Both the position numbers and the translations under genes were made by a program. From an uncultured Haloferula sp. (GTDB lineage: Bacteria > Verrucomicrobiota > Verrucomicrobiia > Verrucomicrobiales > Akkermansiaceae), in NCBI GenBank assembly GCA_965652295.1, contig CBFGTS010000009.1, positions 1 to 64,000 on the forward strand: a stretch of 64,000 bases of DNA, read 5' to 3'. The notes under the pieces were generated by a model. That model saw only the letters and a list, made by a program, of their open reading frames with translations. It was not told the origin of the DNA and searched no databases. This document shows, piece after piece, positions 1 to 6,947 of this stretch (positions are counted from its first letter, which is position 1; each line of letters begins with the position of its first letter).

Positions 1-22
1 GCTACCATTTTCCCGCCGCCCC

Positions 23-268
23 ATGGCCTGGGTCTACATTCTCCGCGGAACCACGGGTCGCCACTACATTGGTGCCACCCGCGACCTCGACGCCCGTCTC
101 GCCGAGCACCACCGCGGCGGGGTCCACACCACCAAACGCCTCGGCCATCCTCTTCATCTGATGGCGTCCGCTGAGTTTCCCGACATCCACACCGCGATGA
201 AGCATGAGCGGATGCTCAAAGGCTGGAAAAGTCCCGCCAAAACCATTGCGTGTCTCAGCGAGAAGTAG
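23..268 (+). CDS. small GIY-YIG nuclease family protein (UPF0213/YhbQ-like), 81 aa
   Basis: WVYIL...HYIG motif pair, conserved Arg (RLAEH) and Glu (ERMLK), size typical of stand-alone GIY-YIG proteins. Confidence 0.9.
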   Translation: MAWVYILRGTTGRHYIGATRDLDARLAEHHRGGVHTTKRLGHPLHLMASAEFPDIHTAMKHERMLKGWKSPAKTIACLSEK

Positions 269-324
269 AGCAGCCCCGACTTCGTCGGGGTTGGTCGCGG
301 GTTCAATTCCCGCCCCTGCTACCA
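265..324 (+). pseudogene. tRNA-derived pseudo-gene (initiator tRNA-Met-like) lacking a real D-loop and anticodon arm
   Basis: GTAGAGCAG (T8-A9-G10-A11 start of D arm), GGTC, T arm GCGGG-TTCAATT-CCCGC, acceptor 3' strand CCCTGCT-A-CCA. The middle is the hairpin CCCCGAC-TTC-GTCGGGG with no anticodon, and the 5' acceptor strand does not pair. Confidence 0.75.
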
Positions 325-339
325 TTTTCCCGCCGCCCC

Positions 340-402
340 ATGGCCTGGGTCTACATTCTCCGCGGAACCACGAGTCGCCACTACATCGGTGCCACCCGCG
401 AC
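340..402 (+). pseudogene. truncated second copy of the GIY-YIG gene (first 21 codons)
   Basis: MAWVYILRGTTSRHYIGATRD, after which similarity to copy 1 ends abruptly. Confidence 0.85.
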
Positions 403-485
403 GTGAAATGTCGAGTTACTCAGGGAAATGAAAGCTTTCCTGCCACTGGCGCGTTGAGGCAGAACCCCCTAGGTTCTTCACATCC

Positions 486-1478
486 ATGCGTTTCCTTTCC
501 ATCACCTTGCTTTCCATCCTGCTGGCTCCGGGCCTCTCCGCCGAGCCGCTCACACAATCGGACCGGGAGGCGCTCCTGACCAAACTTGAGCGGCTCCAGG
601 ATGCTTCGGACGCCAAGGTGGCCGAGCGCTTCAAGGTGGCCGTCCGCGCATTCCGCACGGCGGCGGCAAGCGAAACCGCCGCGATCGAGCTCTACTTGAA
701 GTGCATCGAAAAGATCGAGTTCGACGACGAATACCGGAAGAGCCAGGAGTTCCGCGAATGGAAACGCAAGGAAGCCGACCGCCTCAAAAGCCAAGGCTTC
801 AAGCTCGCGTTGCGCCACCAGCTCCGCTGGCTGATCCTGACCCTGCAGGCCGCCTCCCCCTCAGCAGCGGACACGAATTTCGCCGGGCAAGCGGCGCAGT
901 ATGTCGACGACCTTTTCGCCGATCTTCCGCAGATGGAGGGCCAGGAACGCACGCTGCAGCAGTCGGTCATGGGCACCATTTTTGCCCAAGCCTACAAGCT
1001 CACCGACGTGAAGGTGGAGAACTGGCCGATGACTCCCGCGAATGTCGGCGAGGTTTACGACAAGATCGTCATGCCGCCCCTCCGGATGCCCTCGCGGACG
1101 GACGACCTCCGGGCGGCTTGGCAGAGAAGGATCAAGCTGGAAACCGAAGCCCAGGAGCAGTGGACGGCCCGAAGGCGCGAAGAGCGGGGCGAAGACAGGC
1201 GGATCGGCACCAAGGAGGCGTTGCGGGCTCCGGAGTTCGAAAAATTTCTCGCCGAGACCTATCCGGACCTGCTGTGGCAGATGGAAGTGGATCTCTACAA
1301 GGCCGGCGACCAGCGCGGTGCCGCCTTGCGCATGTTCCAGCACCTCGAAAAATATCTCGCCCATCCCAAGGTGACGGACTGGATGACGGACATCTCCACC
1401 CTCCTGAACACAGCCGATGCGGAAAAGCCCGAGCCCGGTGACGAAGTTCCGGAGACGGAGGAAGCACCTTCGTCCTGA
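486..1478 (+). CDS. secreted hypothetical protein, predicted alpha-helical
   Basis: N-terminal signal peptide (MRFLSITLLSILLAPGLSA), genome-typical codon use, 330 aa. Confidence 0.8.
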   Translation: MRFLSITLLSILLAPGLSAEPLTQSDREALLTKLERLQDASDAKVAERFKVAVRAFRTAAASETAAIELYLKCIEKIEFDDEYRKSQEFREWKRKEADRLKSQGFKLALRHQLRWLILTLQAASPSAADTNFAGQAAQYVDDLFADLPQMEGQERTLQQSVMGTIFAQAYKLTDVKVENWPMTPANVGEVYDKIVMPPLRMPSRTDDLRAAWQRRIKLETEAQEQWTARRREERGEDRRIGTKEALRAPEFEKFLAETYPDLLWQMEVDLYKAGDQRGAALRMFQHLEKYLAHPKVTDWMTDISTLLNTADAEKPEPGDEVPETEEAPSS

Positions 1479-1565
1479 GCCCGCGACAAGACCGCGGCCT
1501 CGCCCCCTGCCAAACGGCCAACCCCGCCTTGCCAGTGCCCCCGCGGACACCGACAATCCCGGACC

Positions 1566-2597
1566 GTGCCGATCGTCCTCGCCATCGAAAGCTCCTGTGA
1601 TGAAACCGCGGTCGCCATTCTGCGCGGCACGCCGGGCGAACCCGCCGCCATTCTCGCCTCGGAAATCGCCAGCCAGATCGAGCTGCACCGCGTCTACGGC
1701 GGCGTCGTGCCGGAACTGGCCTCGCGAAATCATTCGCTGCACCTGCGGCCCTTGGTGGAGCAGGCGCTTGATCGCGCGGGCCTGGCGCTTGCGGACATCG
1801 ACGTTTTCGCCGCCACCTCCGGCCCCGGTCTCGCCTCCTCGTTGCTGATCGGCACCACGGCAGCCAAAGCCCTCGCCGCAGCCTCGGGAAAGCCGTTTCT
1901 CGCCATCAACCACCTTGAAGGCCATCTGCTCTCGCCCTTCGTGGGGCTGGGCGACGTTCCTCCCCACATCGCACTGATCGTTTCCGGCGGCCACACGCTG
2001 CTGCTCGATGTCGAGAAGCCCGGCGTCTATCACAAGCTCGGCACCACCCGCGACGATGCCGCGGGGGAGGCCTTCGACAAGGTCGCCAAAATGCTCGGCC
2101 TGCCCTATCCCGGCGGCCCGGAGATCGAAAAAACAGCCGCCACCGGAAACCCCGCCGCCTTCGATTTCCCGCGCTCGATGATGAAGGAGCCGGGCTTCGA
2201 CTTTTCCTTTTCCGGGCTGAAAACCGCAGTGCTTTACACGCTGAGCGATCGCCATCCCGAAAGCGGCGTGCCGGCTGCGGAAGATCTTCCGGACCTCTGT
2301 GCAAGCTTCCAGCAGGCGGTGACCGATGTACTCGTGAAGAAAACGCTCAAAGCCGCAAGCCACACCGGGCGCACCGCTGTCGCCCTCTCGGGCGGTGTCT
2401 CGCTGAACCGCACCTTGCGCCAGAATTTTCAGACTGCGTGCGAAAAGGGCGGGCTCTCCCTCCACATCGCGGAAGCCGGGCTTTGCACGGACAATGCCGC
2501 CATGATCGGCTTTGCGGCGCTGCTGCGTCATGCCGCCGGCCAACGCTCGCCGCTGACCGCTCCGATCGATCCCAACCTGCCTCTGGCCACGGCTTGA
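1566..2597 (+). CDS. tsaD: tRNA N6-adenosine threonylcarbamoyltransferase
   Basis: LAIESSCDET, GGVVPELASRNH, NHLEGH, VSGGHT, TRDDAAGEAFDK, FSFSGLKT, CTDNAAMI. Confidence 0.97.
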   Translation: MPIVLAIESSCDETAVAILRGTPGEPAAILASEIASQIELHRVYGGVVPELASRNHSLHLRPLVEQALDRAGLALADIDVFAATSGPGLASSLLIGTTAAKALAAASGKPFLAINHLEGHLLSPFVGLGDVPPHIALIVSGGHTLLLDVEKPGVYHKLGTTRDDAAGEAFDKVAKMLGLPYPGGPEIEKTAATGNPAAFDFPRSMMKEPGFDFSFSGLKTAVLYTLSDRHPESGVPAAEDLPDLCASFQQAVTDVLVKKTLKAASHTGRTAVALSGGVSLNRTLRQNFQTACEKGGLSLHIAEAGLCTDNAAMIGFAALLRHAAGQRSPLTAPIDPNLPLATA

Positions 2598-2640
2598 TTT
2601 TCCTTGGCGGTCCTCCGACCAGCGTTTCCTTTGATGCCAG

Positions 2641-3270
2641 ATGGCCTACCGCACGATCATCTTCGACTTCGACGGCACCTTGGCGGACACGCTCGAAGAG
2701 AGCCGGAGGATTTACAACCAGCTGGCGACTGATCTCGATCTGCGCCAGGTCACCGCCGAGGAGCTGCCGGGGTTACGCCATTTCTCCCTCAAGGAACTGC
2801 TCAAACACCTCAACATCCCCAAGCGGCGGGTACCCGGCCTGATCACCCGCGGAACCACCTTGATGCGCGGAAACATCATGAGCCTGCCCCTCATCGAGGG
2901 CATCGCCGCCATTCTCCCCACGCTGCGCGCACGCTGCCATTCCTTTGGCGTCCTCACCTCCAACGCCCCCACCAATGTCGATCTCTTCCTCCGCTCCCAT
3001 GGCTTGCGCGAGCTGTTCGACTTCATTTCCTCGACTTCGAAGCTGACCGGGAAAGCCAAGCATCTGCGGGCGATTCAAAAAACCTTCTCGCTCGAATCCG
3101 GCGAAATGCTCTACGTCGGCGACGAAATCCGCGACGTCAAAGCCTCCCACAAGGCCGGCATCCCCGTGGCCGCCGTCACCTGGGGCTTCAACTCACCCGA
3201 GGCGCTGCTGCTGGAAAAGCCCACCCATTTGATCACCCGGCCCCACGACCTCCTCAAGCTTCACTCCTGA
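2641..3270 (+). CDS. HAD-superfamily hydrolase (phosphoglycolate phosphatase-like)
   Basis: FDFDGTL motif I, TSN motif II, YVGDEIRD motif IV. Confidence 0.9.
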   Translation: MAYRTIIFDFDGTLADTLEESRRIYNQLATDLDLRQVTAEELPGLRHFSLKELLKHLNIPKRRVPGLITRGTTLMRGNIMSLPLIEGIAAILPTLRARCHSFGVLTSNAPTNVDLFLRSHGLRELFDFISSTSKLTGKAKHLRAIQKTFSLESGEMLYVGDEIRDVKASHKAGIPVAAVTWGFNSPEALLLEKPTHLITRPHDLLKLHS

Positions 3271-3276
3271 ACACCG

Positions 3277-4464
3277 ATGTCAGAAAACCCTTCGTCTCCC
3301 GAGCCCACGGAAACAGCTCCGACCACGGGAGCCCCTCCCGTCGTCCCAACGTCTGAGGAGGAGCCCCACGCCACTCCCGGAGCCACCGCCCTCTCTCCGG
3401 CCGTGGCCGCCGTCGGCTTCGTGATCCTCACCCTGCTCGGTGTCGTCATTTTCCAGAATGTCCTCCCCGGAAACGACCGCGGGTCCAAGGCCCACGAGAG
3501 CCCCCGGCTGGCGTCGCTCAAAGCGGACCTTGAGACGCGCCGCGCGGAGCTGAACCGCACCCGCGTCTCCCTCGGCCTCGAACCGATCGCCACCAGCGGA
3601 TCGGTCGAATCCGCCTCAGAGGTGGCGTCCCGGCTCAAACAGGACGCCGACACCCTCTCCGCCCTGGCAGCCAGCTTCGAGTCGTTGATCCGCGAAAAAG
3701 AAGCGGAAATCGACGGTCTCCGCGCCGAGAGCGTGACCGCCCTTCAGGCCCAGAAGCGTCTCCAGGAACTGCTCGACACCACCCGGCGCGATCTCGACCG
3801 CGCACTGCTGGACGCCTCCTTGGCCACCACTCTGAGATCCGACCTCGAAGCGACTCAGGCCCGGATCGCCTCCCTTGAGAAAGAACTCGCCGAATCCCGC
3901 ACCGCTCCGGCTAGCCTCCGACAGCAGCTCTCCGCGGCCGAAGCGGAGAACGCCCGCCTCCACGACCGGATCGGCCAGCTGGAGCAGCAAATCGACAGCG
4001 CTCCCCTTTTCGCCTCCTCCGACGAGCAGATCCGCCCCGAGGCCCTCGCTCTCTACGAAGCCCTGCACGACCTTGAGGGCAAGACCGACTCGGAAATCTC
4101 CAATGCCTACTCCCGCTTCGGAGCAAAGCTCGGGGCCAATGTCCTCCACACCTGCACCTTCGACGCCGATTCCGCAGAAATCACCGCCGTGTTCCAGCAG
4201 GAGCTGCCGGCCATCGCCCGGGAAGCTCCCGAAGGAGCCACCCTTTTTGTCGTCGGCTACGCGTCGGAAACGGGAGACGCCGAGGCCAACCGCACCCTCT
4301 CCTCCGACCGTGCCACCCATGTTGCCGGGGCTCTGGCCCAGGTCCTCCACCCCTCCCAAAAGGTGCAGGCCGCTTACCTCGGCCAAACGGATCGATTCTC
4401 TTCCCGCACCCCCGAGAGGAACCAGATCGTGGAAATCTGGGCGATTTCCCCGGAGGCGCCGTAG
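3277..4464 (+). CDS. membrane-anchored coiled-coil protein with C-terminal OmpA/MotB-like peptidoglycan-binding domain
   Basis: One TM helix, long coiled-coil region, GYASETGDAEANRTLSSDRA...RNQIVEI. Confidence 0.8.
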   Translation: MSENPSSPEPTETAPTTGAPPVVPTSEEEPHATPGATALSPAVAAVGFVILTLLGVVIFQNVLPGNDRGSKAHESPRLASLKADLETRRAELNRTRVSLGLEPIATSGSVESASEVASRLKQDADTLSALAASFESLIREKEAEIDGLRAESVTALQAQKRLQELLDTTRRDLDRALLDASLATTLRSDLEATQARIASLEKELAESRTAPASLRQQLSAAEAENARLHDRIGQLEQQIDSAPLFASSDEQIRPEALALYEALHDLEGKTDSEISNAYSRFGAKLGANVLHTCTFDADSAEITAVFQQELPAIAREAPEGATLFVVGYASETGDAEANRTLSSDRATHVAGALAQVLHPSQKVQAAYLGQTDRFSSRTPERNQIVEIWAISPEAP

Positions 4465-4553
4465 CTTCTTTATTGAAAATCCGCGTTTTTGGAAATTTCA
4501 CCAAACCAAGGTTTCCCTTGGAATCCCCCTTCCGGCGGGCCGATTGAAGGAGC

Positions 4554-4901
4554 ATGCTGGCCGAATTCTCCACCCACCATTTGTGCTCCGGCGGACGGCC
4601 CCGGCCGAATCTCGCCCGCCACCGCCCTCAGAGCCCGGCGCTTTGCCGATTTCTGGAGGGACCGAAAGCAGTCCTGGAAGGCCGCTACGGCTGGCCGCAG
4701 GCCCTGATTCTCATCTGTTCAACCCTGCCTGCGCTGCTGGGGCTGGTCGCTCTTACCCTCCCGGGGATCCTGTTCCCAACGGCGGCCCATCGCGCCTATT
4801 ATCATTTCGCCTGCAACCTGGCCAACGACCCGCTGAGCCTGCTGCCCTTCGCCATCGGTGCCGTCACGATCGTCCTCGGTCTGCGCGTGCCCCTCCGTTG
4901 A
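4554..4901 (+). CDS. possible small membrane protein
   Basis: GAAGGAG just before the ATG and two hydrophobic segments; no family recognised. Confidence 0.4.
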   Translation: MLAEFSTHHLCSGGRPRPNLARHRPQSPALCRFLEGPKAVLEGRYGWPQALILICSTLPALLGLVALTLPGILFPTAAHRAYYHFACNLANDPLSLLPFAIGAVTIVLGLRVPLR

Positions 4902-5189
4902 CCTGGCGAAAGCGCCCTGGCCTCCCGGACCCGAAGGCGAAATGCCTCCGGGTCTTTCCGTGCCGGGGCGGCTCGTCGGGTTCCATTTCCGGAGAACGCG
5001 ATATTCAGCTGATCCCAAGCATCAACATTGGTGATCACTCAGATCATCCGTTACTTCAACCCTATCCCTACTATCCAGCAACACGATTTATCCCGAAAAC
5101 ATAGGTATAAGACAACTTTAAGTTATGGTTTTTATATAGACGAAAAATCACGAATGCCATATGAGGCAGGGGCTAACACACACATCACC

Positions 5190-6509
5190 ATGCAACGTTA
5201 CCTCCTTCCGCTCCTTGTGGCTGGCTTCTCGTCGGCCGCCCACGGGTTCCCCTCCTTGCTTCCCGGCGCGCTCCCAAGCCTGCTCCCGGTCAGCGAGCAC
5301 GGCTGGAACCCTAACGCAGGCTGGGCTCCGGCCCGGATGAACGACATCACGTATTCCTCGACCACGGTGGGCTACGCCTATCCGGAGCCGAAGACGCCGG
5401 TGCGTCTCTTCCTGATCGATTCGGCGGTGCATACTTCTTCCGGTTGGTTCGCGGGAAATCCCAACCTTACCTTCGCCGCCTACTTCGCCACCTATCCCTC
5501 CACAAGCCCTTCGTACGATCACGCCACCAAAATGTTGTCCGTCATCGCCGGACACCAGGCAGGGATCGCACCGGGAACCCCGATCGAGGTGGTGAACTAC
5601 AACATCTCCAATGGCGGAGCCACTCCCAACCTGAGCGACCTCGGGAGCGCGATTTACAACGCGGTCAATTATCAATCGAATCACCCGGGGATGCCCGCGG
5701 TGATCTGCTGTGCCCAAGGCTCGGAGGTGGTTGGACAAAGCTACCTCGTCAATGGTGCCATCGACTCGGCCATCAATTCGGGGATCACCGTGATCTTCTC
5801 CGCCGGCAACAAGGGTTCCTCCGCCTCCAATTACTCGCCTTCGTCCAACGGCACGAAAGCAGGGGCCATCTGCGTGGGTGCCAGCACCACTTCCAACACC
5901 CGGCTCACTTCCTCGAACTACGGGACTCCTGTCGACTTCTTCTGCCCGGGCCAGAATGTCCGCGTGCTGAACCCGGCCAACATTTCGGCCGGCCAGACCG
6001 CGCTGATGAATGGCACCAGCCCCGCTACGGCGATCACCGCCGGAGCCGCCATCATGGAACTCTCCGCCAATCCCACCTTGACGCCCGCCGAGCTTGAGAG
6101 TCTTCTCCGTTCCCGGGTAGCCAGCGGGGCTGTTTCCATCCTCCAGATTCCGGTTCCGGAGGATATCGACAACGACGGGTCCCCCAACGTGGTCGAAGCC
6201 TTCTTCGGCAGCGATTGGTCGTCCGCGGCCAGCCTTCCTCCAGCTCTCAAGCTGACCCGCAGCGGCACGACCTCGACCCTTTCGTTCAGCGTCCCCGTGG
6301 GCATGCTTTCGTCCACCGATTCCTCCAAGCTTGCCGCCGGCGGTTTCTGGCGGCCGATGAAAAGGCAGGCGGACGACAGCTGGGCACCGGCAACGGTCGG
6401 CGAAATCAGCGTGGGAGCCTCCTCCAATGGCAAGGTGCCCGTTCAGGTCTCCCTCTTCGATGAAGCCTCTTTCGCTTCCTACTGCCTCGAAATCGAGTTC
6501 ACCAACTGA
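5190..6509 (+). CDS. secreted S8 (subtilisin-like) serine peptidase with C-terminal DxDxDG repeat and beta-rich tail
   Basis: Signal peptide from ATG 5190; catalytic Asp LIDSA, His HATK, oxyanion SAGN, Ser GTSPA. Confidence 0.9.
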   Translation: MQRYLLPLLVAGFSSAAHGFPSLLPGALPSLLPVSEHGWNPNAGWAPARMNDITYSSTTVGYAYPEPKTPVRLFLIDSAVHTSSGWFAGNPNLTFAAYFATYPSTSPSYDHATKMLSVIAGHQAGIAPGTPIEVVNYNISNGGATPNLSDLGSAIYNAVNYQSNHPGMPAVICCAQGSEVVGQSYLVNGAIDSAINSGITVIFSAGNKGSSASNYSPSSNGTKAGAICVGASTTSNTRLTSSNYGTPVDFFCPGQNVRVLNPANISAGQTALMNGTSPATAITAGAAIMELSANPTLTPAELESLLRSRVASGAVSILQIPVPEDIDNDGSPNVVEAFFGSDWSSAASLPPALKLTRSGTTSTLSFSVPVGMLSSTDSSKLAAGGFWRPMKRQADDSWAPATVGEISVGASSNGKVPVQVSLFDEASFASYCLEIEFTN

Positions 6510-6575
6510 GAAGTGGAAAATCCCCCCGGAGGAGCCGCGGATCCCCCCCGCATTCCAACGATCGAACTCCTCCGA

Positions 6576-6617
6576 AAAGGGCGCGTCCGGCTTCCGCCGG
6601 GCGCGCCTTTCCGTTTC
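6576..6617 (+). terminator. intrinsic terminator after the S8 peptidase
   Basis: 12-bp stem GGCGCGTCCGGC/GCCGGGCGCGCC (one G-U), loop TTCC, followed by TTTCCGTTT. Confidence 0.65.
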
Positions 6618-6947
6618 CAACAGTCCCCTGGAGGTGCGCGATACACCGCCACTGGCGCTCGCTGCGGCGGGGATGAACTCCGCGGATCCGCCGCGTCCCA
6701 CCCAAGGGCGGCTCTGCCCCTGATTCAGGCAATCTGCGAATCGTCTAAGGTTTCCTAATTACCGGTTCAGGTTCGACATCCGGAAACGGGAAAAATATTC
6801 AGGGAATGTGTGACAAGCTCCTAGGTCTCCACCCCCCGTTCTGCTAGATTGGGAAGACTTGATTTTCGTCGTTGCGCGAAACTCCGGACTGCCTGCGTGT
6901 TTGTTCTTATTTCCCGTCGGCGGTCGATCCCCTCAGCTACCTGAAAC

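Larger units (their letters stand above)
1..402 (+). repeat. direct repeat with a 317-bp period: 1-85 repeated at 318-402 (tRNA-like 3' end + start of GIY-YIG gene)
   Basis: 85-nt copies differ only at 56/373 (g/a) and 70/387 (t/c); the first copy is cut by the window edge. Confidence 0.95.

Noticed and set aside
257..324. Functional tRNA gene
   Set aside because: No anticodon loop, incomplete D arm, and the 5' acceptor strand does not pair with CCCTGCT; kept as a pseudo-tRNA.
250..579. 109-aa ORF containing a GIY-YIG start
   Set aside because: Chimeric read-through of pseudo-tRNA, the truncated copy and intergenic DNA; overlaps the real gene at 486.
861..2543. Long antisense ORFs (also 5148-6701, 13127-14704, 25467-27380, 36182-37747, 38352-40256, 57462-59444, 59910-61511)
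   Set aside because: Shadow frames of well-supported genes in high-GC DNA, with no motifs of their own.
4928..4957. Terminator after the 4554 ORF
   Set aside because: The stem has an A-C mismatch on the plus strand and only a 3-nt T tail; orientation is ambiguous.
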